DNA from: Patescibacteria group bacterium | Lineage (GTDB): Bacteria > Patescibacteriota > UBA1384 > 2-12-FULL-50-11 | Direction of reading: 5' to 3' | Length of the DNA: 64,000 nucleotides | NCBI GenBank assembly: GCA_016861245.1 | Contig: BOKZ01000001.1 | Location: 487,006-551,005 of the forward strand | Part shown: piece after piece, positions 1-8,369 of the stretch | Numbering within the stretch: position 1 is the stretch's first letter | How the letters are laid out: every line of letters starts with the position of its first letter | Translations under genes and position numbers: made by a program | The notes under the pieces: model-generated | The model's database searches: none | What the model was told of the DNA's origin: nothing | What the model saw: only the letters and a program-made list of their open reading frames with translations

Positions 1-202
1 CGAATTTCTGTGTCTCAATTTCGTAGCTGGCATCAAGTAGCTCTAACGCATTCTTACCGTCGACACCTTTATAGCTAATTTCTGTGGTCTGTTCCTGACC
101 AACCGGAGTTGCGGTACTGTTTGATCTTGGAATCACCAAGTACAAACCAAATGCTAATATAATCGCCATGGCGGCATAGAGTAGTGTTCGCTGTTGTTTC
201 AT
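1..202 (-). CDS. hypothetical membrane-anchored/secreted protein, N-terminal part only (the gene runs off the window start)
   Basis: Reverse complement gives ATG at 202 preceded by AAGGAG 5 nt upstream; reads MKQQRTLLYAAMAIILAFGLYLVIPRSNSTATPVGQEQTTEISYKG... with a hydrophobic signal/anchor; not in ORF track because no stop inside window. Confidence 0.45.
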   Translation of the reverse strand, partial: MKQQRTLLYAAMAIILAFGLYLVIPRSNSTATPVGQEQTTEISYKGVDGKNALELLDASYEIETQKF

Positions 203-466
203 CGAACTCCTTTCAAATAAAATCCCTCGCGAGCAGTAACGAGGGTTACTATGTTCTGCTCGGAACTTTGAGTGAAGTTTTGCTAGGATCGGGCTTTAAC
301 CGTTGCGGCACAGCAGCCAAATTTCATGGCTTTCACTAACAAACCTTATTAGTCAAAGAACTTCTCTAGGTATACTGATCTACTTCTTCTCTGTCAAGCA
401 ACTGATTTTCTAGGTAAAATACTCGTATGAGTTCAAAGTATTTTATGACGCACCGAACCGCTGTAA

Positions 467-1540
467 ATGTCGCTTGAAATCGGGATCGTCGGATTGCCAA
501 ACGTCGGGAAGTCCTCGCTTTTTAACGCGCTAACCAAAGCTGGCGCCCAAGCGTCGAACTTTCCGTTTACCACTATCGAACCGAATGTCGGGATTGTTGA
601 AGTTCCTGACGAGCGATTAGACTTTTTAGTCGAAACGTTTTTATCGGCAAAGCGCGTTCCGGCAACGATAAAATTTGTTGATATCGCCGGACTGGTGAAA
701 GGCGCCTCAAAGGGCGAGGGCCTAGGCAACCAATTTCTAAGTAATATCCGAACCTGCGACGCTATTGCTGAAGTCGTACGGTGCTTCGAAGACCCGCAAA
801 TTATTCACGTCGCTGGCAGGGTGGATCCGGATGATGATATTACAACTATTAACACCGAATTACTGCTTTCCGATATTGAGCAAGCCGAAAAGGCTAAAAG
901 ATCTCTTGAGGAACGAGCGAAAAGACAAGATAAGGAGGCGCAGAAACTATTGCACCAAATAGAAAAAGCAATAGCGCTCCTAACAGCCGAACGCCCGTTG
1001 CGAGTAGAGCCGGAACTTTGCCAAGAGTTAGTCTCGTATAACTTCCTAACAGCTAAACCGCTACTCTATATCGCAAACGTCGGTGAGAACGCGGAGCAAG
1101 ATCGGGTGGAAAAAGTTCGTCAACACGCCGACAAAGAAAGCGCAAAACTAGTTGTGATCTCAGTTAAAAGCGAATTAGAAATTATTGAAATGTCGCCTGA
1201 AGAGCAAGAAGAGTTTAGGCGAGAACTGGGCTTAACTTCAGGATTAAACGAAGTAATTAAAGCCGGATACGCATTGCTAAATCTTGAGACCTTCTTTACC
1301 GCCGGCCCGAAAGAGGCGCACGCATGGACTATTACCAAAGGTACTAAAGCGCCGCAGGCAGCGGGTAAAATTCATACCGATTTTGAGAAGGGCTTTATCC
1401 GAGCTCAAGTATATAACGTGACGGATTTACAAGAATTAAAATCAGAAGCCGCTATCAAACAAGCCGGCAAACTCCGAAGCGAAGGCAAGGAATACACCGT
1501 CAAGGACGGTGATGTAATAGAATTTCTCTTCAACGTTTAA
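467..1540 (+). CDS. ychF: ribosome-binding ATPase YchF (Obg-family GTPase)
   Basis: G1 motif GIVGLPNVGKSSLFNAL, NVGIVEVPDERL, TGS-like C-terminus; 357 aa typical. Confidence 0.9.
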   Translation: MSLEIGIVGLPNVGKSSLFNALTKAGAQASNFPFTTIEPNVGIVEVPDERLDFLVETFLSAKRVPATIKFVDIAGLVKGASKGEGLGNQFLSNIRTCDAIAEVVRCFEDPQIIHVAGRVDPDDDITTINTELLLSDIEQAEKAKRSLEERAKRQDKEAQKLLHQIEKAIALLTAERPLRVEPELCQELVSYNFLTAKPLLYIANVGENAEQDRVEKVRQHADKESAKLVVISVKSELEIIEMSPEEQEEFRRELGLTSGLNEVIKAGYALLNLETFFTAGPKEAHAWTITKGTKAPQAAGKIHTDFEKGFIRAQVYNVTDLQELKSEAAIKQAGKLRSEGKEYTVKDGDVIEFLFNV

Positions 1541-2205
1541 AACTGCAGTAAGTCGTGATGCTCGGTCAACCAATGTTCCGCTTTCTTGTATTGCGGATAA
1601 TAAGACTCAACTAGGTCCCAAAACTTCTTAGAGTGATTCATTTGCGATAAATGCGCCAGCTCGTGGTAAATGACGTAATCCGAAACCCAGTCTGGCGTGA
1701 GGATAAGTCGCCAGTTAAGCGAGATTGTTTTGCGGCTTGAGCACGAACCCCAACGAGTACGCTGTGAACGAATTGTTACGTTTAACACGTCGTGGTTAAT
1801 TACGTCGCAAAGTAAGAGTACTCGCTCGGAAAAGTATTTCTTTGCTGTTTTTACGTACCACTTTTCAAGGATCTTACGGACCGTTTCGTGTTCCTCGCTC
1901 CCAGCCGTTACCACAATCTCGTTGCCGACAATCTTAACAGTTGGTGAGACGTTGTTGGTTACTTGCAATTTAAATTGATACTCGCGACCGCGGACTAACA
2001 GGGTTTTTGGCTGGGTAATTAGCGCTTCACGGCGGCTTTGAATTAACGAGAGCTTCTCTGTAATCCAAGATTCGTGCTCGGCAAGAAAACTATCGATCGT
2101 CCGCTGCGGAGTGAACGGGTGACAGGTTAGGATCACTTCGCCTTTTGGCAAAACTCGCAGTCGCAGATGACGAGCGGTCCGGATTCGTTTGATCTTAACT
2201 TCCAT
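1537..2205 (-). CDS. YgjP-like zinc metallohydrolase (DUF45/M48-like, HExxH)
   Basis: YHELAHL HExxH motif near C-terminus, length 222 aa; convergent 4-bp overlap with ychF. Confidence 0.7.
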   Translation of the reverse strand: MEVKIKRIRTARHLRLRVLPKGEVILTCHPFTPQRTIDSFLAEHESWITEKLSLIQSRREALITQPKTLLVRGREYQFKLQVTNNVSPTVKIVGNEIVVTAGSEEHETVRKILEKWYVKTAKKYFSERVLLLCDVINHDVLNVTIRSQRTRWGSCSSRKTISLNWRLILTPDWVSDYVIYHELAHLSQMNHSKKFWDLVESYYPQYKKAEHWLTEHHDLLQF

Positions 2206-2250
2206 TGGCCAACAATAACAAAAACGCCGGCATCTGCCGACGTTCCTTTG

Positions 2251-2324
2251 CGCAGTGGACGGGACTTGAACCCGCGACCCCCGCCGTGACAGGGCGGTGC
2301 TCTAACCAACTGAGCTACCACTGC
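2251..2324 (-). tRNA. tRNA-Asp (anticodon GTC)
   Basis: Reverse complement GCAGTGGTAGCTCAGTTGGTTAGAGCACCGCCCTGTCACGGCGGGGGTCGCGGGTTCAAGTCCCGTCCACTGCG folds as cloverleaf, anticodon loop CUGUCAC; no encoded CCA. Confidence 0.9.
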
Positions 2325-2378
2325 AAAGTCGCAATGCTCATTATACTCGAGCCGGTATCAATTCTTCAAGAAGCCAGA

Positions 2379-3425
2379 CTAAATCGGGACGTAGATCTTA
2401 ATTTTATAGTTTGGCTTAACGCTCGCATACCACTCCTCATAAGTTTGGTAGTTATTACCGGTTTTCTCCGTAACTTGGATAATGTGATAACCAAATTTAC
2501 TCTGAACAGGACCCAATATTTTATTCACCTCGCCGTTAAACGCAGCTTCCTCGAAGCCAGGCGCGATCTGGGCGCTGAGCTCGCCCTTTGTCCAGTAGCC
2601 TAAATCGCCGCCGGCTTCTTTTGTTTGTGCGTCTTGGCTAAATTCGCGAGCAGCAGTTTCGAAGACTTTTCCGCCTTCAATTTGTTTCTTGGCCTCGTTT
2701 GCTGCACTTTCTGTGGCTGTCAGAATATGTCTCACTTTAACACGGGTTAAAACGCTAGCTTTAACTTTTTCTTTCAAGATTCGTTCGGCGAGCACTTGCT
2801 TAAATTCGCCCGGCTTCATGCCGTAGAGTTCGTGTATTCGTTTCTCGAAATTTTCCGTTGTTTTTTTCTGCTGCTCGTACGATTTGTCGAGCTCTTCTTG
2901 TGAGACGCTAACGCCTCGGTTTTGAGCCTCGAGAAAAACAATCTTATCTTCGACTAGCCCGGCGATGATTTTTTCCCTAAGCTGTGCGTCAGTTGGGATA
3001 GCGCTAGCGACGTCTTTCGAGGCCTGAGATTGGAAGGTGATTAGGAAGCGAAGTCGTTGTAAAAAGTGGTGGCTCCAGATATACGATTGGTTCACTCGAA
3101 CAGCCGGCATAGGATAAAGCAAGCTAATCGTCTCGCTAAAGGCGCTCTCAGATTTCTTTTGGTAGATATTGTAGTAACCTGCGGCGCCGAAGAGTAGATA
3201 AATCGACAAGATAAAAATCGCGATATCAATAAAGATAGTTGATGGGTTATGAATGTGGCGCTGAACTAGCGCCTCAAGAAACGGCAGGCGCAATCTCAGC
3301 CATACGAATACTTTTTCGTATAGGACGTAAATGGCACGACCGACTCTTTTTAGAATCAGTAAAGCGCTCTGAAGAAACTCAGATATTTTCTTTAGAATGG
3401 GGTTAATTGCGGAAAGTTTGCCCAT
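2379..3425 (-). CDS. parvulin-type peptidyl-prolyl cis-trans isomerase (PrsA/SurA-like) with N-terminal TM anchor
   Basis: PpiC-like segment VRHILTATESAANEAKKQIEGGKVFETAAREFSQD...GGDLGYW...FGYHIIQV; N-terminal hydrophobic helix. Confidence 0.7.
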   Translation of the reverse strand: MGKLSAINPILKKISEFLQSALLILKRVGRAIYVLYEKVFVWLRLRLPFLEALVQRHIHNPSTIFIDIAIFILSIYLLFGAAGYYNIYQKKSESAFSETISLLYPMPAVRVNQSYIWSHHFLQRLRFLITFQSQASKDVASAIPTDAQLREKIIAGLVEDKIVFLEAQNRGVSVSQEELDKSYEQQKKTTENFEKRIHELYGMKPGEFKQVLAERILKEKVKASVLTRVKVRHILTATESAANEAKKQIEGGKVFETAAREFSQDAQTKEAGGDLGYWTKGELSAQIAPGFEEAAFNGEVNKILGPVQSKFGYHIIQVTEKTGNNYQTYEEWYASVKPNYKIKIYVPI

Positions 3426-3967
3426 ATAATACTACCTACTACCACCATAACAGTTACCGCCACAAACAAAAAATGCCGGACAAGCTGGAACGAGCCCGAG
3501 CTGTCGCGTAGCTCGATTAGCCGCCAGAATAAGTAGAAGCAGATACCACTTAAGAGTGCTCGATTAAAGAAGGAGATAGGCCAGTGGCTAAATATGGTGT
3601 TAACTTGAGAAAGTCCTAGGCCAAGTAGTAACCAAAAAGTAATCGGCGTCCTGACGTGATCGTCGGTCTCCTCGATAACTCTACCGATAAGCACCGCAGC
3701 CAAGATTAAAACAGCGTTACCGATAACTCCGTTAATAGATTCGTCGAGCAGCCAGTAGTTGACGCTCACAAGTACCAAAAACATCGTTGAGAGTCCGGCG
3801 ATGCGCCCCTGCTTTAGTAGGATGTTGATGGTCGAAAAAACAAACAATAATACATAAGCGATTTGAGAGGTTGTGGTTGGTAGAAATCGCCAGGTAATAA
3901 CAGTGCCGAGTACCAATATCGCCCAAAATACCGCTAAATGCGGACGCAAGAATCTCAGGGAGTTCAT
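3392..3967 (-). CDS. hypothetical polytopic membrane protein
   Basis: 191 aa, several hydrophobic helices, no recognisable motif. Confidence 0.4.
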   Translation of the reverse strand: MNSLRFLRPHLAVFWAILVLGTVITWRFLPTTTSQIAYVLLFVFSTINILLKQGRIAGLSTMFLVLVSVNYWLLDESINGVIGNAVLILAAVLIGRVIEETDDHVRTPITFWLLLGLGLSQVNTIFSHWPISFFNRALLSGICFYLFWRLIELRDSSGSFQLVRHFLFVAVTVMVVVGSIIWANFPQLTPF

Positions 3968-3968
3968 C

Positions 3969-5336
3969 TTACTTTACTTGGTAGCTGCTACCGACGTTTA
4001 TTACAATATCTGCTTGTATCTCGGTAGCTGGTGCTTTCGAGGTGCTAGTGATTGCAAAACGTTTTTTGAGCAGGCTCATCGTGTACGGGTCGTTTTTACT
4101 CTCGCTTAACGCCGATTTTACTTGGGTATTTGGTGAAGTGGTGCTGCCTACGACGGTATAACCGAGTCTTGTTAGGCTATCGACGATTTTTTTCGTGTTA
4201 GTTTCCTTGCCGGTTGCATTAATTACGTAGACTTTCGCCGCTTCCTTGATAATGTACGGCTCTGGGAATACGGTCTGAACGAATTCCTTAACTTCACTGA
4301 AGTCGTCCACTCCCTTTTTAGGAATAATAATGTAAGCGCCGCCGCCGTTGGTACTAGACTTGAGTGGGCTATCAACGCTGGCGTCTAGCACTTTAGTTGT
4401 AATTTTTTTGCTATCAACCGTTTTTATTAACGAATAGAGCTTGGTGATTTCCTCGACTGTCATGTCGGTTCGTAAGTTTGAGCCAACGATACTGATCATC
4501 GTCGTTAGTTTTTTCGGATTAGAAATAATATCGATAACACCCAGCTTATCTTTGATTGCTAACATTACTTGCTGTTGTCGGCGGGATCGGTCGAAGTCGC
4601 TTGTGGTTTGTCGACTACGAGCGTACTTCAGGGCAGTATCGCCGTTCATTCGTTGCATCCCAGCCGGGATGTAGAGCGGTTCGTATCCAGTGTTGGTTTT
4701 ATTGGGGAACTTCGGATCGCTCAGCGGTTTGTCGACGTATACTTGTATACCGCCAACAGCGTCTACTAGTTTTTTAAGACCCTCAAAATTGATTCGCGCG
4801 AAATAGTGGACATCGATACCAAGTGTGGTTTCAAGCACGTCTTTTAACGCTTCTGCTCCGTAGTCGATCTCCGGATCACACGTACTGGTTTTCTTTGTAC
4901 ATTTCTTTTGAGACTGGTTGTATACTCCGTTAATTTTAGTTTTACCGAGTTTCGGCGCTGTCACGTATAAATCGCGCGGGACGGAGAGCATCGAAAGAGA
5001 CGAATTAATCGGGTCTATTGAGATAATTTGGATCGTGTCACTCAAACCCGCGGCGTTGTCGACGCCAAGCGCTAGAATATTAATTCGGCCGTCACCCTCG
5101 TTGACTAGCTGGTCTGGAGTAGTGTTGCCACCGAATTTAAAAAACGACGGCTTATCGTCGGTGTTTTTTGCTGAGATATTGTTGAGTGCAATAATACCTG
5201 TCGCTCCGATCCAACCGACAACTCCGAGCACCAAAATAAACAGCGTCCACAAAAATACTCGCAATTTTTTGTTGCGCGGTTTGACGATTCGATTAATAGT
5301 TTCTGGTCCTGATGAAAATTTTCGTCGAAATAGCAT
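3969..5336 (-). CDS. LytR-CpsA-Psr (LCP) family cell-envelope phosphotransferase
   Basis: N-terminal TM, SVPRDLYV motif, C-terminal LytR_C-like extension. Confidence 0.8.
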   Translation of the reverse strand: MLFRRKFSSGPETINRIVKPRNKKLRVFLWTLFILVLGVVGWIGATGIIALNNISAKNTDDKPSFFKFGGNTTPDQLVNEGDGRINILALGVDNAAGLSDTIQIISIDPINSSLSMLSVPRDLYVTAPKLGKTKINGVYNQSQKKCTKKTSTCDPEIDYGAEALKDVLETTLGIDVHYFARINFEGLKKLVDAVGGIQVYVDKPLSDPKFPNKTNTGYEPLYIPAGMQRMNGDTALKYARSRQTTSDFDRSRRQQQVMLAIKDKLGVIDIISNPKKLTTMISIVGSNLRTDMTVEEITKLYSLIKTVDSKKITTKVLDASVDSPLKSSTNGGGAYIIIPKKGVDDFSEVKEFVQTVFPEPYIIKEAAKVYVINATGKETNTKKIVDSLTRLGYTVVGSTTSPNTQVKSALSESKNDPYTMSLLKKRFAITSTSKAPATEIQADIVINVGSSYQVK

Positions 5337-5380
5337 TAGACTTAGGTTAATTTACCACACTTTACGACTAGATATAAGGT

Positions 5381-5761
5381 TCAATTTGCGTGCAGTGTTT
5401 TAGTAATCTCAAATTTTTTCCCGTTTTTTATTTCCTGTGAAAGTGAAGATAGTTCGCCAGACACGGTAAATAACGGCACGTTAATTACCCAAGCTAGAGT
5501 ATTTGCAACGGCGATACCGATGCGCTGACCAGTTAGCGAGCCGTCGCGACCGACCACGCCAATAGCGCTTACCGAGCTGAGGTTGCTCGATGCCTCTTTG
5601 AAAATTTCTTCAAGTAATACTAATAATTCTTGAGCTCGTTTTTGCTCAGTCTTACAAATCACCGTGTTCGCTGTAACCAGCGCGGCGCTCGTTGAGTGAG
5701 GGTCGTTAGTGTCGAGTAGTAGAATTCGTGGGAAATCGGAGATGTCGTACTTGTTGGTCAT
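5381..5761 (-). CDS. tsaB: tRNA threonylcarbamoyladenosine biosynthesis protein TsaB, short form
   Basis: GRDGSLTGQRIGIAVANTLAWVINVPL motif (GSFTGLRIG-like); only about 126 aa, N-terminal half. Confidence 0.65.
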   Translation of the reverse strand: MTNKYDISDFPRILLLDTNDPHSTSAALVTANTVICKTEQKRAQELLVLLEEIFKEASSNLSSVSAIGVVGRDGSLTGQRIGIAVANTLAWVINVPLFTVSGELSSLSQEIKNGKKFEITKTLHAN

Positions 5762-6152
5762 GTATGTCGATTGTAGCTTCTTTGGTATCTTTCGGCAGTA
5801 ACTCTTCAACCCGGTCCGGCCACTCGATAATCACTAGCTTATCTTTCTGGTCAAGATACTCCGACCAGTCGAATTTTTTAGCTTCAGTGGTATTGAGTCG
5901 ATATAAGTCTAGGTGGATGACCTCGGTGATTTTCTTGTAATCGACACGGTAGCGTCGTTCCAGAACGAATGTCGGGCTACTGACACGCCCGGTGTAACCC
6001 ATCTTTTCTAGAATGGCCCGAGTTAGCGTTGTTTTTCCGGCTGCGAGTTGCCCTTTAAGCGCTAAGATGTCACCGGCTTTCAGTTCTTTTAACAGCTTTG
6101 CGGCGACGGAAGAAATTTTACTTTCTGTAAATTCGATATCCAGCATAGACAT
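5706..6152 (-). CDS. tsaE: tRNA threonylcarbamoyladenosine biosynthesis ATPase TsaE
   Basis: P-loop LKGQLAAGKTTL plus SPTFVL motif; start at MSMLDIEF. Confidence 0.8.
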   Translation of the reverse strand: MSMLDIEFTESKISSVAAKLLKELKAGDILALKGQLAAGKTTLTRAILEKMGYTGRVSSPTFVLERRYRVDYKKITEVIHLDLYRLNTTEAKKFDWSEYLDQKDKLVIIEWPDRVEELLPKDTKEATIDIHDQQVRHLRFPTNSTTRH

Positions 6153-6193
6153 ATATTTTACTTTGGAATCACTCACAAAAAAATACCCCGTGG

Positions 6194-6792
6194 TTAGACG
6201 GGGACATTGAGGGCGTCGCAAAACTGCTGGTATTGAAACTCCTTCGAACCTGCTTCAATGAAATTAACTGGCCAGCCGCCGCGTTGGAGTGCTAGAGCTT
6301 CGTCGTTCCAGTTACTACTGGTCTCGACGCGTCGTTGGGCGACCTCCGGCGAATCGCCGCGATCGATCATCCGATTGTACAGCTCGTAATCGTCGGGCGA
6401 GAGTAAGAAGAAATAGTGCTGACGATCTTGCGGCAAAACTCTCCAAGCGATCGGAACAGTGTCGGGTGTGACGACGATCAGACTATACTCGTACTGAAGT
6501 AGTGCTGTACGAAATTGGGAGAAAACGTTTCCGTAGTGATAACCGTGTGCCTCGACGCACCACGTGATCTCACCTGTTTCGCGCAATTCTGAGAGTTGCT
6601 CTTCGGTCAGATATTCGTACTCTCTCGGATCGTCGTCGACACGTGGCGCTCTCGTGGTAAAACTCCGGATCATTCCGGCGTACGGTTGATGCTCCTGGAT
6701 AAAGCGACGAACTAAAGTAGTCTTGCCGCTGCCAGGCCTGCCAATAATGCCAAACACATTGTGAGCGAAAGGAACGTCCCAAAACTGAGTCA
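6194..6792 (-). CDS. gmk: guanylate kinase
   Basis: P-loop GRPGSGKTT, FTTRAPR...EYEYL and WCVEAHGYHYGN align with Gmk TTRxPRxGE..Y.F / EHAEVFGNYYGT; taken from ATG at 6792, the upstream TTG extension overlaps tRNA-like repeat. Confidence 0.7.
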
Positions 6793-6816
6793 TCTTTTCA
6801 CCTATCCATGTACAAA

Positions 6817-6832
6817 TCGCTCCCGGGCTTGG
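6817..6832. repeat. 16-nt direct repeat (cgctcccgggcttgga) duplicating the 3' end of tRNA-Gln; second copy at 6877-6892
   Basis: Identical 16-mer at 6817-6832 and 6877-6892, the latter being the acceptor/T-arm 3' end of the tRNA-Gln gene. Confidence 0.6.
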
Positions 6833-6881
6833 AATATCCCATTTAGGCAATCCAAACCCGATCGCGCGACCGTTGGTCTCG

Positions 6882-6952
6882 CTCCCGGGCTTGGATTCGA
6901 ACCAAGATACCTGCCTCCAAAGGGCAGTGTCCTACCGTTAGACGACCCGGGA
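6882..6952 (-). tRNA. tRNA-Gln (anticodon TTG)
   Basis: Reverse complement TCCCGGGTCGTCTAACGGTAGGACACTGCCCTTTGGAGGCAGGTATCTTGGTTCGAATCCAAGCCCGGGAG; anticodon loop CUUUGGA. Confidence 0.9.
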
Positions 6953-6992
6953 ATACTCGCTAATTATATCTGCAAATTGGCAAAATGTCAGG

Positions 6993-7018
6993 TAAAAAAT
7001 AGCGGCCTTTAGGCCGCT
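6993..7018 (-). terminator. rho-independent terminator of the 105-aa gene (stop codon in hairpin loop)
   Basis: agcggcc-ttta-ggccgct hairpin with T-tract on the minus strand. Confidence 0.55.
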
Positions 7019-7326
7019 GGGTCTTCGTCTATCCATTCGATTTCTACCGGAATTGGTAAAAATTGATCAGTGGCGGTAATGACGAAAGCGATCTCGATTT
7101 GGCCGATAGTATGTTTGTAGCGCTTATTGCCCTTTGACGCTGTTCGCAATTCTGTCATCTCAACGACGCCGCAAACAAATCGTGAAGCGCTATCGTGCAC
7201 GATAACTTCAACCTTCCCCTCACCTTTATCGCGAATCATCTTGTGCCGTTGGGGGTGTAGGATCGACGCCGCTTCCTTCAAAAGCCATTCGTTTGGTGAT
7301 GTCCATCTCCGCTTTAATGTGCGCAT
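7009..7326 (-). CDS. hypothetical protein (105 aa) with own SD, downstream of rnpB
   Basis: AGGAGG 6 nt upstream of ATG at 7326 (MRTLKRRW...); the longer ORF-track version (to 7443) would overlap RNase P RNA and its terminator. Confidence 0.45.
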   Translation of the reverse strand: MRTLKRRWTSPNEWLLKEAASILHPQRHKMIRDKGEGKVEVIVHDSASRFVCGVVEMTELRTASKGNKRYKHTIGQIEIAFVITATDQFLPIPVEIEWIDEDPAA

Positions 7327-7330
7327 CGCA

Positions 7331-7374
7331 GCCTCCTGCTTTTTGTAAAAATACACAAAAGCGCTTCCTTGCGG
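7331..7374 (-). terminator. rho-independent terminator of rnpB (11-bp stem, GCAA tetraloop, U-tract)
   Basis: Minus strand GAAGCGCTTCC-GCAA-GGAAGCGCTTTTGTGTATTTTT directly after RNase P RNA 3' end. Confidence 0.7.
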
Positions 7375-7384
7375 AAGCGCTTCG

Positions 7385-7733
7385 TGGAAGTCGGTAAGCC
7401 GGGTTCTGTTTATACGATCATCTCTCTGATGCGTTGAGACCATTCGTAACTGCGAGACCGCAGCGGAGCTCGGTGTTTCTCTCGAAACGTTGAACTTAAT
7501 TTACGAAGGGCCCACTCAACTTGCACCACGCTGGGTTTGGCTTCCAATCCGTATTACTACGGAAGTTGTGAGCTCTTACCTCACTCTTTTCATCCTTACC
7601 CACCAATTGGCGGGCGGTTTGGTTTCTGTGCCACTTTCCCGTGCCTTGCGACAGCCAGCCGTTAGCTGGAGCGCGTCTCTACGGTGCCCGGACTTTCCTC
7701 ATGTTAAACAACACGCGATCGTTTCGACTTCGA
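7385..7733 (-). ncRNA. rnpB: RNase P RNA (bacterial type A)
   Basis: Minus strand contains GAGGAAAGTCCGGGCACC (P4 5' strand), GGAAAGTGGCACAGAAACCAAACCGCC, GGTAAGGATGAAAAGAGTGAGGTAAGAGCTCAC, and 3' AACAGAACCCGGCTTACCGACTTC (P4 3' strand); P1 GAAGTCG/CGACTTC closes the molecule, about 349 nt. Confidence 0.85.
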
Positions 7734-7754
7734 CAAAAGACTAACAGAATTAAG

Positions 7755-8369
7755 TTATGTTTTCAACCAGTTAAGATACGTTTTTCGGTGTAACGGTGAC
7801 GGTCCGATCTCATCTATTTTTCGTTTGTGATTGGCTGTGCCGTATCCGACGTTAGTTTGCCAATAGTATTGTGGAAAGAAACGACCGTAGCTTTTCATAA
7901 GCTGATCCCGATAAGTTTTGGCGATGATCGAAGCGGCAGCGACGGGGTAGAAAAGTGAATCGCCCCGCACTGCCCGAATAGTTTTGTATTTTTTAGGCAA
8001 TCGAACAAAGTCGGTTAGAAAAAGGTCGGCATTAATATTCTCTAGGGCTCTAGCATATGCTAATTCTTGCGCTTGCGTAATCCCAATACTGTCGATCTCG
8101 TCGTTGCTGGCTTGTCCGAGAGACACCTGTGTTGCGTTGGCAATCAGCAGGGGAGTGAGTTCTGTTCTGGAAACAACAGATAACCTTTTCGAATCACAGA
8201 CGTTCGGCAGTACAACGTTAATCTCGATCGCCGCGACGACGATCGGTCCAGCTAACGCACCGCGCCCAACTTCGTCTAAACCAACAATTCTTCCAAATTG
8301 ATATATGCTTTTTAACTCGTTGATAAGCGACGGATCAGGTCTAAGCAGCGACTTTTTGCTCGCGCTCAT
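7755..8369 (-). CDS. rnhB: ribonuclease HII
   Basis: GLDEVGRGALAGPIVVAAI catalytic N-terminal motif, 204 aa. Confidence 0.85.
   Translation of the reverse strand: MSASKKSLLRPDPSLINELKSIYQFGRIVGLDEVGRGALAGPIVVAAIEINVVLPNVCDSKRLSVVSRTELTPLLIANATQVSLGQASNDEIDSIGITQAQELAYARALENINADLFLTDFVRLPKKYKTIRAVRGDSLFYPVAAASIIAKTYRDQLMKSYGRFFPQYYWQTNVGYGTANHKRKIDEIGPSPLHRKTYLNWLKT

Noticed and set aside
203-466. Possible SRP (4.5S) or other small RNA in the 264-nt ychF upstream region, suggested by a CAGCAGCC-like stretch
   Set aside because: The GGAAGGAAG / helix-8 consensus is absent on either strand; the region reads better as promoter elements (TATACT, TAAAAT) plus a short hairpin.
2133-2321. ORF-track ORFs lying over tRNA genes (2133..2321, 28343..28576, and the N-terminus of 24794..25549), with SSVVE...AGSNP-type translations
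   Set aside because: These amino-acid strings are the typical artefact of translating tRNA genes; the tRNAs themselves are well supported.
6793-6850. TTG-initiated N-terminal extension of the gmk-like ORF
   Set aside because: The extension covers the tRNA-Gln 3'-end duplicate and has no SD; an ATG at 6792 gives a protein that aligns with guanylate kinase from its P-loop.
7327-7443. N-terminal 39 codons of ORF-track ORF 7009..7443
   Set aside because: Overlaps RNase P RNA 3' end and its terminator hairpin; an internal ATG at 7326 has a perfect AGGAGG SD, so the extension is most likely not translated.
6194-7443. Integrated genomic island at tRNA-Gln
   Set aside because: The att-like repeats are only about 45 bp apart and no integrase, excisionase or phage gene is present; kept only as a possible scar.
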